Of a DNA stretch of 64,000 bases, positions 10,534 to 19,615 are shown one piece after another. Source of the stretch: an uncultured Candidatus Saccharibacteria bacterium (GTDB lineage: Bacteria; Patescibacteriota; Doudnabacteria; UBA920). The notes beneath the pieces are model-generated. The model was not told the origin of the DNA. It worked only from the letters and a program-made list of their open reading frames with translations, and did not search any database. Position 1 is the first letter of the stretch. Each line of letters begins with the position of its first letter. Location: positions 77,387 to 141,386 of the forward strand of contig CAZTCH010000001.1 of NCBI GenBank assembly GCA_964612745.1, given 5' to 3'. The translations under genes and the position numbers were made by a program.

Positions 10534-11091
10534 GTGAAAGAGCAAGATTTATTGGTGCGGGTCGGCGTTGTGGCGGATGCTGCACAGCTGGCGGCAATAC
10601 AACAGCAGACGTGGGTTGCTACATATCCCAATGCGGAGTTGGGGGTGACCGCAGAAGGTATAGAGCAGTTAGGGTTTACTACCCCCGAAGCGGTGGCGCG
10701 TTGGGAGAAGATACTTGCACAGTTTACCGAAGAACGCTGTGTATTTGTCGTAGAGTGCGATGGTGTGGTTGTGGGGTATTGTTTTGTACGACGAGCTGAG
10801 ACCTTTGGTAAAATTCAAGCACTCTATGTGTTGCCAGAGCATCACGGAAAAGGGTTTGGGGGTGCTTTACTCCGTGCTGCATATGCCTATATCGGGGCGA
10901 ATATACCCATTGTGCTCTTGGTGGCTGACTACAACATCCGCAGTATCCAATTTTACGAACACCAAGGGTTCCATATGAGTGGAAAGACAAGTGTAACTCC
11001 ACCAGAACTTTCACCCAATGGAGTTCGTATTACGCAGTTGGAGATGTGCCGGCAACCTAAGAGTACAGAAGGATTACCTGCAGAATATTAG
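10534..11091 (+). CDS. GNAT family N-acetyltransferase
   Basis: 185 aa. Acetyl-CoA binding motif VLPEHHGKGFGGALL. Confidence 0.7.
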   Translation: MKEQDLLVRVGVVADAAQLAAIQQQTWVATYPNAELGVTAEGIEQLGFTTPEAVARWEKILAQFTEERCVFVVECDGVVVGYCFVRRAETFGKIQALYVLPEHHGKGFGGALLRAAYAYIGANIPIVLLVADYNIRSIQFYEHQGFHMSGKTSVTPPELSPNGVRITQLEMCRQPKSTEGLPAEY

Positions 11092-11116
11092 CTATTTATG
11101 GTATAATATACACACC

Positions 11117-11224
11117 ATGTTGCGAGATAGAAAAAAAGTACAACGATTATTCAGCATACTTGCTGCACTGATGGTGCTTGCTATGATTGCCATGGCAATT
11201 GGACCGTCCTTTTTAGGCTTTTAA
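11117..11224 (+). CDS. 35-aa small hydrophobic peptide, leaderless
   Basis: MLRDRKKVQRLFSILAALMVLAMIAMAIGPSFLGF. Preceded by the extended -10 tggtataat at 11099-11107, 9 nt before the ATG. No SD. Confidence 0.3.
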   Translation: MLRDRKKVQRLFSILAALMVLAMIAMAIGPSFLGF

Positions 11225-11258
11225 TTTTTTGTGTAGCTGGTTCTGCACATAAAACTGT

Positions 11259-11801
11259 ATGCGAAATGTAATCCTGAAGCCAAACGAAGAGATTGTAGTG
11301 GTGTTTCGCCAAAGCAGTGCAGTGCTGGTTCCTGCAGCAGTTCTTGCTTTGCTATTGCTCGTTGCCCCATTATGGTACGCTGCCCGTCATGCTGCTCTTG
11401 GGGGTTTGTTTGCGGTGTATCCAGTTTGGGCGCTGCTCGTTGTGGTGTGGTTCTTGCACAAGTTTTTTTTGTGGCACAGAGAAGTATATGTAATTTCGAC
11501 TGGCCGGTTTATAAAAATGTCTCACGAGAGCTTGTTTCGCAGAACAGTTTCTGAAACGGCGCTCGATCGAGTTTTAAATGTCAGCTTGCGCACGACTGGG
11601 CCATGGTCAATGCTCGCTGGCTTTGGGGATATAGATGTGCAAGTGGTCGGTAGGGTAGAACCGCTTGTAGTGCGCTCGGTGGCGAGACCAGCAGAGGTAA
11701 AAGAGTTCTTGTGGCGATTACACGAACAAGTATTGGAACGTTCGGGTAGGGTGCATGGTATGCAGGAGTTTTCCACGCCACAGCAAAAAATAGTAAATTA
11801 G
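11259..11801 (+). CDS. Membrane protein with bacterial PH (bPH_2, YdbS/T-like) domain
   Basis: 180 aa: two TM helices then a soluble domain. Pattern resembles bPH_2. Confidence 0.5.
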   Translation: MRNVILKPNEEIVVVFRQSSAVLVPAAVLALLLLVAPLWYAARHAALGGLFAVYPVWALLVVVWFLHKFFLWHREVYVISTGRFIKMSHESLFRRTVSETALDRVLNVSLRTTGPWSMLAGFGDIDVQVVGRVEPLVVRSVARPAEVKEFLWRLHEQVLERSGRVHGMQEFSTPQQKIVN

Positions 11802-11805
11802 TTTC

Positions 11806-12183
11806 ATGCTTCCACAAAAACCAAAAATATCTTTCATGTCGAGCCGGTTTGTGGTTGTGTTACTTTTAGGCAGTCTGGCGATTCTTTCTTTGTCCCAGTA
11901 TCAAAAGTGGGAAGCACAGAAAAAGATTCAAAAGCAAATAGACGCACTCAAAGCAGAGTCGCAAGAAATTGGTGAAAAAAATGCGCAGTTGGAAAGTTCG
12001 CTGCAGTACTTGGCAAGCGCAGCAGCTACCGAACGCTTAGCAAGGCAGCAGTTAAATATGAAAAAAGATGGAGAAGTTGCTGTGGTGTTTCTTGCGGGAA
12101 CCAAAGAGACAGCCGAGCAAGTAGCAGAATCCAAGCAAATTCCTGTTTGGAAGCAGTGGTGGGAGTATTTCTTTGTACATTAG
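11806..12183 (+). CDS. Septum formation initiator family protein (FtsB/DivIC-like)
   Basis: 125 aa: N-terminal TM, coiled coil, and conserved ERLARQQLNMKKDGE motif. Confidence 0.6.
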   Translation: MLPQKPKISFMSSRFVVVLLLGSLAILSLSQYQKWEAQKKIQKQIDALKAESQEIGEKNAQLESSLQYLASAAATERLARQQLNMKKDGEVAVVFLAGTKETAEQVAESKQIPVWKQWWEYFFVH

Positions 12184-12186
12184 TAT

Positions 12187-13029
12187 TTGCACTCTATGAA
12201 AATTGAACAGACGCATATTCGTAAGTTTCTCTTAGTGGCGGGCGGTGCGGTGTTGATTGCCTTGTTGTTTGTGTTGTGCGCGACTGCTTGGTTTTATATG
12301 GGCTCGCCCAGTGAAACCAAGGAGCGCTTTGCCGCAGCGGCTGGTATACCACTCGGTAAAGTGGGTGGAAGGTACATAGGCGCAGACGAAGTCATGGCTT
12401 GGTCTACAGCTGCTACAAAAACGACCCTCCCTGAAGGGTATTCACTTTCTGAGTCACTCTCACTCCGAGCTGTGGCAGATGGAAAAGTTGGCGTGTCTTC
12501 TGGTGATATAGTTTTGGCAACACAAGCATTGGGCCAAGACGCGGAATATGTAAAGTATTCTCAGGCTGTGGGTACAGATGTTGCTGCGCGAACGGTACTA
12601 ACTGATTTTGTTTTGGGTTATAAACTACGTCAGTGGTATGCCCAGCACTCTGAATTGGAACCGGCATTTCAAAAACAAGTAGAACAAGTGAAGACAGCTT
12701 TTACCAAAGGGCAAGACTTTAACACTGTCGCTACTGCTTATAGTGCTGATTTAGCAACCAAATATTTTTCTGGAGACTTGGGGTATATTGATGTGTCCGA
12801 AGCTGTGCCAGAGTACGCAGAGGCGGTAGAAAAATTAGAGAAAAATAAACTGACTGTTGTGTATACTCGGTATGGTGTGCACTTTGTAGAATTGCTCGAC
12901 ACTGTTTTAAACGGACAAAAGACCATGGTGAAGCTTCGTGAAGTAGTGGTAGAACCGCAGCAGTTTGATGTGTGGCTTGCCTCTGAGGTTTCCAAGCAAA
13001 AAACAACGTGGTACTATGGCCGTAAATAG
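12187..13029 (+). CDS. Membrane-anchored PpiC-type (parvulin) peptidyl-prolyl isomerase, PrsA/SurA-like
   Basis: 280 aa: N-terminal TM and a C-terminal parvulin domain (DLGYIDVSEAVPEYAEAV...YGVHFVEL). Confidence 0.7.
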   Translation: MHSMKIEQTHIRKFLLVAGGAVLIALLFVLCATAWFYMGSPSETKERFAAAAGIPLGKVGGRYIGADEVMAWSTAATKTTLPEGYSLSESLSLRAVADGKVGVSSGDIVLATQALGQDAEYVKYSQAVGTDVAARTVLTDFVLGYKLRQWYAQHSELEPAFQKQVEQVKTAFTKGQDFNTVATAYSADLATKYFSGDLGYIDVSEAVPEYAEAVEKLEKNKLTVVYTRYGVHFVELLDTVLNGQKTMVKLREVVVEPQQFDVWLASEVSKQKTTWYYGRK

Positions 13030-13092
13030 GCATTGTGCAAAGTAGTCAGAACTTGGTAAAATACGAACTGTGACCTTCAAGTGGTCACTCTT

Positions 13093-13166
13093 GCGGGATT
13101 AGTACAATGGTAGTATGAGACCTTCCCAAGGTTTAGACACGGGTTCGATTCCCGTATCCCGCTCCA
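13093..13166 (+). tRNA. tRNA-Gly (anticodon CCC)
   Basis: Hand-folded cloverleaf: acceptor GCGGGAT/ATCCCGC, D-stem GTAC, anticodon stem AGACC/GGTTT with loop TTCCCAA, T-arm ACGGG-TTCGATT-CCCGT. CCA is encoded. Confidence 0.85.
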
Positions 13167-13376
13167 ACACAAATACTCCCAAAGCGGAGTATTTGTGTTG
13201 GATAAGGCGGTAGGGAATCGAAAAGAGCGCTCCCGACGTTACGTCGGGGCTGCGCCGCGACCATTTGGAGCGGTGCAGAGCGGCGGGGTTGCGTTAGGCG
13301 TCGTACGAATCGACCATGAGCTTGTCGAATGGAAGATGAGTACAGCCGTGGGCGACCGATTCCCGTATCCCGCAAA
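13167..13376 (+). repeat. GC-rich structured spacer ending in a 17-nt direct copy of the tRNA-Gly 3-prime end (cgattcccgtatcccgc, 13360-13376)
   Basis: Exact 17-nt duplicate of the tRNA T-loop/acceptor 3-prime half about 195 bp downstream. Internal hairpins are present (acacaaatactcc/ggagtatttgtgt; cccgacgttacgtcggg). Confidence 0.5.
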
Positions 13377-13452
13377 AGCGTTTGAGTAAAGATTTGTGAC
13401 TGAACTATGCAAATCTTTCACTCCGAAGGTGTCGTCTAAAGACTACTATAGT

Positions 13453-13965
13453 ATGGAAATCACACTTTACATTGCAACTACCGCTGATGGTTTTATAGCT
13501 ACTTCTGATGGGAATTCAGACTGGGTGTCCAGTGCTGACGCTGCATCATTCGAGGCAGCTGCGAAAGAACAAGGTGCAATTATCTTAGGAAGAAAAACCT
13601 TTGAGCAATTCCAAGGTGAAATTTACCCTATCCAAGGTATTCGTAACTATGTATTAACCTCTTCTTTGCCTAGGGAGTCGTCTGAAGTATTGGTTAAGTT
13701 TGTAGGTGGGGAGCCACAAGATATAGTTAAGAGTATAGAGGTTGAGGGTGTCGTAAAAGCTTTGTTAGTAGGCGGGAGCCACGCAAATGGCGCTTTTTTC
13801 CGCGCTGGTTTGATAGATAAAGTGATCATTAGTGTGCACCCATTGTTTTTAGGGAGTGGTATGCCTGTATTTGCAGATTCTGAGATGGTGCAAAAATTAC
13901 GGTTTGATTCTTCAGAACGAATGGACGACGGCTTAATTAAACTATATTATACCGTTATCAAATAA
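13453..13965 (+). CDS. Dihydrofolate reductase family protein (RibD C-terminal domain-like)
   Basis: N-terminus MEITLYIATTADGFIATSDG...ILGRKTFEQ is typical of the DHFR-like family. The ORF could extend back to 13396. Confidence 0.65.
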   Translation: MEITLYIATTADGFIATSDGNSDWVSSADAASFEAAAKEQGAIILGRKTFEQFQGEIYPIQGIRNYVLTSSLPRESSEVLVKFVGGEPQDIVKSIEVEGVVKALLVGGSHANGAFFRAGLIDKVIISVHPLFLGSGMPVFADSEMVQKLRFDSSERMDDGLIKLYYTVIK

Positions 13966-13971
13966 CAACTT

Positions 13972-14047
13972 GCCGGCTTAGCTCATCTGGTAGAGCGAGG
14001 GTATCGTAAACCCTAGGTGATCGGTTCGAGTCCGATAGCCGGCTCCA
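13972..14047 (+). tRNA. tRNA-Thr (anticodon CGT)
   Basis: Hand-folded cloverleaf: acceptor GCCGGCT/AGCCGGC, D-arm GCTC..GAGC, anticodon stem AGGGT/ACCCT with loop ATCGTAA, T-arm ATCGG-TTCGAGT-CCGAT. CCA is encoded. Confidence 0.85.
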
Positions 14048-14051
14048 GCCT

Positions 14052-14220
14052 TCGCCAAGGCTATGGCTGGCTTACGCCACTGTAGATTTTGTGAGGATTG
14101 GCACTGCGGTTATAGTATTTACGAAAAAGAAGGCTGCGCGCCGAAGCTTCACGCGAAGGCGGGCATTTTATCGCCAAGGCTACGGCTGGCTTACGCCACT
14201 GTAGATTTTGTGAAGATTGA
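14052..14220 (+). repeat. Two 49-bp near-identical direct repeats (14052-14100 and 14172-14220) immediately 3-prime of tRNA-Thr
   Basis: cgccaaggctatggctggcttacgccactgtagattttgtgaggattg versus cgccaaggctacggctggcttacgccactgtagattttgtgaagattg. Each contains the hairpin agcctt-cgcc-aaggct. Confidence 0.7.
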
Positions 14221-14277
14221 AAACCTGTGATTATTTAGGATGTAAAGCATATTTTATAGTGTTTATTATTCCTTCTA

Positions 14278-15303
14278 ATGGATAAACAACTTTTAGCTAA
14301 GATTAATTCTCTGTATAGCCTCCCAACGCTGTCTTACAAAGGTAAAGCCAAGGGTGGTTTTTTAAGTGATAACTACGTTTTACAAACCAAGACAAGTACA
14401 TATTTTCTTAAAAAGTATCGTCAGTCTGTCGGTGATAGATTACCAGTTATAACCAAGACAGAGCAATTTTTTGCAAACGCAGATATTCCAATTATTTTAC
14501 CAATCCTCACTAAAAAGGGCAGCAGTTTTTTTAGTGTCGAAGGGTATCACTATAGTCTTTACCCATTTATTTCAGGGAAAACATTTGACCATAATAATAG
14601 AGTTCCGACCATGGCGATGGTTGCATCGATTGCAAGAAATCTTGCCAAGATGCACCAAATTAGTCGGAAGGGTTTTCCGTTGTTTTCAAAAGCACAACTG
14701 AGTGAATGGGATGTGAATAGAATAATGAGCGATGAGTCACGAGACGGCTTTTATTTGTATGCACACAAGATCCTAGACGTGCTAAAAGCAAAAAAGAGGA
14801 AAACTAAATTTGATTTGTTGGCGGCGAAAGTAGTAAAGCTGAAATTGGGAATAGTGCAGTCTGTGCCTACCTCTTTCAAAGGGTTTACTTTAGGGAAGCC
14901 GCACATTGTGCATGGAGACTATCATGCGCAAAATGTATTTCTGAACGGTAAGGGGGAAGTAACACATGTGTTTGATTTGGAAAAAACAGATGCAAGGCCA
15001 AGGAGTTTGGAGTTGGTAAGGTCCATGTTGTTAATTTGTTTTTCAGGTCAGTTTACTTCAGCGCGTTTTGCTTTAGCAAAAAAATATTTGGCTGCATATA
15101 ACGAAATATATCCAATACCTGCAATAGAAGTAGAGAGTAGCATTCGCTTGCTTTACTATAAACACACACTCAATTTGTGGATAGAAAAAGGGCACTATTT
15201 TAACGACTTTACTCGAGCAGATGTATTGCTCGATGGCGAGCTGAGGTATCTTCGGTATATGTCCAAGAATATGAACCATTTTATTAAGCGTGTTTTGTCA
15301 TAA
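14278..15303 (+). CDS. Protein-kinase-fold phosphotransferase (aminoglycoside phosphotransferase / homoserine kinase type II family)
   Basis: 341 aa. Catalytic motif HGDYHAQNVF plus VFDLEKT. By eye the gene and flanks are noticeably more AT-rich than the surroundings. Confidence 0.6.
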   Translation: MDKQLLAKINSLYSLPTLSYKGKAKGGFLSDNYVLQTKTSTYFLKKYRQSVGDRLPVITKTEQFFANADIPIILPILTKKGSSFFSVEGYHYSLYPFISGKTFDHNNRVPTMAMVASIARNLAKMHQISRKGFPLFSKAQLSEWDVNRIMSDESRDGFYLYAHKILDVLKAKKRKTKFDLLAAKVVKLKLGIVQSVPTSFKGFTLGKPHIVHGDYHAQNVFLNGKGEVTHVFDLEKTDARPRSLELVRSMLLICFSGQFTSARFALAKKYLAAYNEIYPIPAIEVESSIRLLYYKHTLNLWIEKGHYFNDFTRADVLLDGELRYLRYMSKNMNHFIKRVLS

Positions 15304-15345
15304 GGTATTGGCATGCAGCATCTTTTGGGTGTTTTTAGCTTCATC

Positions 15346-15370
15346 AACCGCGAAAGCGGTTTTAATTTTG
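15346..15370 (+). terminator. Rho-independent terminator with GAAA tetraloop
   Basis: aaccgc-gaaa-gcggtt followed by ttaattttgctcttt. Confidence 0.55.
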
Positions 15371-15384
15371 CTCTTTCTGGTACT

Positions 15385-15413
15385 TTGACCCCATAGGTGC
15401 AAAGTGCTATATT
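15385..15413 (+). promoter_or_regulatory. Sigma70-like promoter of the atp operon (TTGACC, 17 nt, TATATT), 9 nt upstream of the first ATG
   Basis: -35 at 15385-15390, -10 at 15408-15413, ATG at 15423. Leaderless-type architecture. Confidence 0.5.
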
Positions 15414-15422
15414 TAAGCTGAA

Positions 15423-15767
15423 ATGATAGAAAAAACGACCAAAATCAGCGATACGACCCAAAATCCAGTAGACATGGAGCAACTGGCGCAAGAAGAAGCT
15501 CGTCTGAAAGCTTTTACTGGAACAGACCACGCTTCTCCAGTGGCAACTGGTAAGATGTTTGTTGCGGTGTCGTTGTATGGAGCTGCGGTTGATTTTGGAC
15601 TCGCAATTTTAGTGCCATTACTTGCTGCTGTCTATGGGGGAAGGTGGCTTGCCGAACGAATTGGTCATCCCAGTATAGTGCCACTGGCAATAGTACTTGC
15701 CTTGGCAATATCGGCTGTAGCCATATATAAACAAATTCTCTCATTAAAGCGGAAGGCAGGGCTATGA
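15423..15767 (+). CDS. Small membrane protein preceding atpB (AtpI/AtpZ-like, putative)
   Basis: 114 aa with hydrophobic segments. Position at the head of the atp operon and overlap with atpB. Confidence 0.4.
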   Translation: MIEKTTKISDTTQNPVDMEQLAQEEARLKAFTGTDHASPVATGKMFVAVSLYGAAVDFGLAILVPLLAAVYGGRWLAERIGHPSIVPLAIVLALAISAVAIYKQILSLKRKAGL

Positions 15768-16630
15768 TTGTAGCGTTACCGCCACTCGCGGCAGAACAAT
15801 TATTTACTGTATCAGGATTGCCTGTTACCAACACCATGGTGAATGCATGGTTGGCTTTGGCAGTCTTTTTTGTGCTTGGAGTTTGTGTCCGGTTCTTTTG
15901 GATAAAAAATGTATCTGCACTGGGCGCTCCATTGGGCGCGCTTAATTTTATGGAACGCCTTGTCGAGCTCGTACTTGACTATATGGATAGAGTGACCAAT
16001 AACCGTGCTCGGTCGCTTCGGTTATTACCAATTGTTGGCAGCTTATTTTTGTTTATATTGACTGCGAACTGGATGGGTTTGCTCCCCGGTACGGGGTCTA
16101 TTGGACTTTGGGTGACGCATGAAGGTGCAAAAGAATTTTTACCACTCTTTAGACCAGCAAATACAGATTTAAATATGACATTGGCCATGGCGGTGTTAGC
16201 TGTGGTAGCTTCGCATGTGCTGGGTGCAGTAACGATTGGGTTTGCTTCCTATGCTGGTAGATTTCTAAAAATTGCGCCGCTCGTAAAAGCCTTCCGTGAT
16301 GTAAGTCCTGTGGGCATACTTGTCGCTGTGGTGGAATTCTTTGTGGGCATAATAGAAATTTTTTCAGAGGTTGCGAAGATGGTTTCTCTGTCGTTGCGTT
16401 TGTACGGCAACATTTTTGCAGGGGAGGTACTACTGACGGTTATCGCGTCTTTGGTGAGTTTTTTTGTGCCACTACCTTTTATGGTGTTGGAAATTATTGT
16501 CGGCTTAGTGCAAGCGACAGTATTTTCTATGTTAACGCTAGTCTATTTGAATATGGCAATGACAGAGCATGGAGGACATGTAGAAGCTCACGAAGGCCCT
16601 GTTGTGATAGAAACAGGGGTGCGTGGGTAA
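15764..16630 (+). CDS. atpB: F0F1 ATP synthase subunit a
   Basis: 288 aa. Conserved NWMGLLPG and LSLRLYGNIFAGE motifs. Confidence 0.85.
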   Translation: MIVALPPLAAEQLFTVSGLPVTNTMVNAWLALAVFFVLGVCVRFFWIKNVSALGAPLGALNFMERLVELVLDYMDRVTNNRARSLRLLPIVGSLFLFILTANWMGLLPGTGSIGLWVTHEGAKEFLPLFRPANTDLNMTLAMAVLAVVASHVLGAVTIGFASYAGRFLKIAPLVKAFRDVSPVGILVAVVEFFVGIIEIFSEVAKMVSLSLRLYGNIFAGEVLLTVIASLVSFFVPLPFMVLEIIVGLVQATVFSMLTLVYLNMAMTEHGGHVEAHEGPVVIETGVRG

Positions 16631-16762
16631 CCATTAGCGAGGTGGTCTTGGTTTAAAATATTTTAAACCAGAGCCTGCTTGTTAATTAATCAGTAAGGCA
16701 AGTCTTGACGTTAATAATACAATCATACCCGTCAGTTGGACTTTCTTACGCAAAGGAACGTT

Positions 16763-16981
16763 ATGGAGTCAGAAGCAATTATCGCAATCGCAAAAGCATT
16801 TACTATCGCCATTGGCGGTATGATTCCTGCACTCGCAATTGGTAAGACTGCATCGAAAGCGATGGAAGCAATTGGCCGAAACCCAGAAGCAGCAGACAAG
16901 GTGTTTGTACCGATGTTGCTATCTTTGGCTTTTGCTGAAGCTATTGCTATTTATGCGTTGGTCGTTACCTTTACTTTGTAA
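16763..16981 (+). CDS. atpE: F0F1 ATP synthase subunit c
   Basis: 72-aa two-helix proteolipid with GRNPE loop and the essential Glu in LAFAEAIAIYALV. RBS aagga. Upstream in-frame ATG at 16736 is less likely. Confidence 0.8.
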   Translation: MESEAIIAIAKAFTIAIGGMIPALAIGKTASKAMEAIGRNPEAADKVFVPMLLSLAFAEAIAIYALVVTFTL

Positions 16982-17058
16982 ATTTCTATCGGTGCATGAG
17001 TTGTGTACTAAGGGGTTGGCCCTTGGTGCATGCTCTCAGTAACTGATGATGTAATTTT

Positions 17059-17652
17059 ATGGACTTTTCTTTCATTGAACTTTTTATACACACTGCTCAT
17101 GCTGCAGAGGTCGCTCATGAAGCGACAGAGTCTGTTAGCGGTGTTGCTGCGCTCGGTGTAAATGGTACTTTGTTTGTCGCGCAGCTGGTTAACTTCACTA
17201 TTATATTCTTTGTGCTATGGCGTTGGGTGTTTAAGCCTATTGCGGGACATCTGGCTGAACGGACGCAAAAAATTGAGCAATCACTCAAAGACGCAGCCCT
17301 CATTAGGGAACAAAAAGAAGTATTCACCTCATGGCAAGCAGAACAGATGAAATTAGCTCGTGTTGAAGCAGCGGAGATTGTTGGAAATGCCAAGCAAGAA
17401 GCAGAACTGTTGAAGTCCGAGATACTAACCAAAGCAAAAGAAGAGCAGCAAGCGATTATAGCTTCTGGGCATGCACTGTTAGAGCGTGAACAAGAGCACA
17501 TGCTTGTAGAAGCAGAGCAAAAACTAGCTAGTCTGGTAGTACTTGCTACAGAAAAGGTCCTCCGCGAAAAACTGACAAATGAGTCAGACGCAAAACTCGT
17601 GGCACATGCAGTTCAAGCAGTTACCACAGCACAAACTAAATCAAACGTATGA
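17059..17652 (+). CDS. atpF: F0F1 ATP synthase subunit b
   Basis: 197 aa: N-terminal TM then a long charged coiled coil. Operon position. Confidence 0.7.
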   Translation: MDFSFIELFIHTAHAAEVAHEATESVSGVAALGVNGTLFVAQLVNFTIIFFVLWRWVFKPIAGHLAERTQKIEQSLKDAALIREQKEVFTSWQAEQMKLARVEAAEIVGNAKQEAELLKSEILTKAKEEQQAIIASGHALLEREQEHMLVEAEQKLASLVVLATEKVLREKLTNESDAKLVAHAVQAVTTAQTKSNV

Positions 17653-18041
17653 AGCCCACTGTAGAACACTATGCCCACGCGTTTGTTGCTGCATGTCATG
17701 ACTCTGGTGACGCAGCAGTAGATGCAATTATCGAAAACTTGTTACTGGTAGTACGCGCAGATGGCAATGAGTCGCTTATTCCTGAAATAGTACACGCAAT
17801 AGAAGCCTTGCTCGAAACAGAGCGTACTGCGCCAGAAGGTAGCGCGACATTTGCCCGAGTCACAACAGCAGATAAATCTACGTTCGATACACTGCACACT
17901 GCCGCGGGCGCTGTGCTCCGTGATCACAAAGGGGTTGATGATGCCTTGGTTGGCGGAGTGGTCATTCGAGTAGATGACACGTTGGTAGATGGTAGTATCA
18001 AGGGTGAACTTGCGCGTATGCAAGAGCAGTTGTCTGAATAA
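17649..18041 (+). CDS. atpH: F0F1 ATP synthase subunit delta (OSCP), unusually short
   Basis: 130 aa. Operon position between b and alpha, overlapping stop/start. Weak family resemblance. Confidence 0.55.
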   Translation: MKPTVEHYAHAFVAACHDSGDAAVDAIIENLLLVVRADGNESLIPEIVHAIEALLETERTAPEGSATFARVTTADKSTFDTLHTAAGAVLRDHKGVDDALVGGVVIRVDDTLVDGSIKGELARMQEQLSE

Positions 18042-18064
18042 TGTGAATTTTAAAGAGTAATACT

Positions 18065-19597
18065 ATGCAAAAAGCAGATGCAATTTTAAATACACTCAAA
18101 GCACGGCTACAAGATTATTCTGCAGCGCCGGAAGTGCAGCATGTGGGCACTGTATTGGAAGTGGGTGATGGTGTTGCGCGCGTATCTGGTCTGTTTAAAG
18201 TAGCGAGCATGGAAATGGTAGAGTTTTTGCCGAGCGAACACAGCAATGGTGACCCATCGAAAGTATATGGTGTTGCTCTGAACTTAGAAGAGCGTGTAGT
18301 TGGTGTTATTGTGCTAGGCGATTTTCATGCAATCAGACAAGGTGATACAGTACGCGCTACCGGAAGGATTTTGTCTGTGCCCGTAACCGAACTACTTATT
18401 GGACGAGTTGTATCCGCGCTTGGCGAAGCAAAAGACGGTAAGGGTGAGATTAAAAGTAAACTGACCTACCCAGTAGAAAAGTTGGCACCAGGGGTTATAG
18501 ACAGACAATCAGTCAAAATCCCTGTGCAAACAGGTGTGAAAGCAATCGACGCACTTATCCCAATTGGCCGAGGGCAACGTGAATTGATAATTGGCGACAG
18601 GCAGACAGGGAAGACCGCGTTGGCTATTGATACTATCTTAAACCAGCACAATCAAGACATGATTTGTGTCTATGTTGCGATTGGGCAAAAAGAAAGCAAA
18701 GTGGCAAAGATTGTTGCAGAATTGGAAGAGCGAGGGGCGATGCGGTATACCATTGTGGTTTCGGCATCTGCGTCTGAACCGGCGGCATTGCAGTATATTG
18801 CTCCCTACGCTGCTACATCTATGGCAGAGTATTTTATGGATCAGGGGAAAGATGTACTCATTGTGTACGACGATTTGTCTAAGCAGGCGGTGGCGTATCG
18901 CGAGATTAGTTTGCTTCTGCGTAGACCACCAGGGCGAGAAGCATACCCTGGCGATGTGTTTTACCTCCACTCCCGGTTGCTTGAACGTGCTGCAAAATTG
19001 AGTGATGCACGTGGCGGTGGGTCAATTACTGCATTGCCAATAATCGAAACGCAAGCGGGTGACGTTTCTGCGTACATTCCTACCAACGTTATTTCTATTA
19101 CTGACGGACAAATTTTCTTGGAAAGCGATTTGTTTTACAAAGGTGTGCGCCCAGCGTTGAATGTGGGTATTTCGGTGTCTCGTGTTGGATCAAGCGCACA
19201 AACCAAAGCAATGAAAAAAGTGGCTGGGAAGTTAAAGCTCGCGCTGGCGCAGTTCCGTGAGTTGGAAAGCTTTGCACAGTTCGGCTCAGATTTAGATGAA
19301 GCAACACGTAAATCGCTTGAGCTGGGAAGGCGAGTTACAGAAATTTTGAAGCAGCCACAATACTCACCAGTACCATTGGAAGAGCAGGTAGTTGTGTTGT
19401 ACGCCGTGAACAACGGTTATATGGATGCAGTCCCTGTGGAAGAGGTGCGAGCGTGGGAGAAGGGTTGTATAGAGTACATGCGTACGCAAGGCAGAGAAGT
19501 GTTAAAAGCGATTGCTACACGAAAAGAGCTTTCTGAAGACATAGAGCAACAACTTATTGCAGCATTGCAGAATTTTCAAACTACTCGAGAGGTTTAA
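18065..19597 (+). CDS. atpA: F0F1 ATP synthase subunit alpha
   Basis: 510 aa. P-loop GDRQTGKTA and a highly conserved alpha-subunit sequence throughout. Confidence 0.9.
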   Translation: MQKADAILNTLKARLQDYSAAPEVQHVGTVLEVGDGVARVSGLFKVASMEMVEFLPSEHSNGDPSKVYGVALNLEERVVGVIVLGDFHAIRQGDTVRATGRILSVPVTELLIGRVVSALGEAKDGKGEIKSKLTYPVEKLAPGVIDRQSVKIPVQTGVKAIDALIPIGRGQRELIIGDRQTGKTALAIDTILNQHNQDMICVYVAIGQKESKVAKIVAELEERGAMRYTIVVSASASEPAALQYIAPYAATSMAEYFMDQGKDVLIVYDDLSKQAVAYREISLLLRRPPGREAYPGDVFYLHSRLLERAAKLSDARGGGSITALPIIETQAGDVSAYIPTNVISITDGQIFLESDLFYKGVRPALNVGISVSRVGSSAQTKAMKKVAGKLKLALAQFRELESFAQFGSDLDEATRKSLELGRRVTEILKQPQYSPVPLEEQVVVLYAVNNGYMDAVPVEEVRAWEKGCIEYMRTQGREVLKAIATRKELSEDIEQQLIAALQNFQTTREV

Positions 19598-19615
19598 CGG
19601 AGAAGTCAAAGAGAC

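Noticed and set aside
13093-13376. tmRNA (ssrA) spanning the tRNA-like 5-prime end and the duplicated T-arm/acceptor 3-prime end
   Set aside because: The 5-prime part folds as a complete canonical tRNA-Gly with D and anticodon arms. No tag-peptide reading frame ending in ...AA-stop could be found. The downstream copy lacks a convincing T-stem.
16763-16981. Na+-translocating c-subunit
   Set aside because: The Glu is followed by Ala, not Ser/Thr, and no Gln is in helix 1. Only the Tyr at +5 fits. Most likely H+-coupled.
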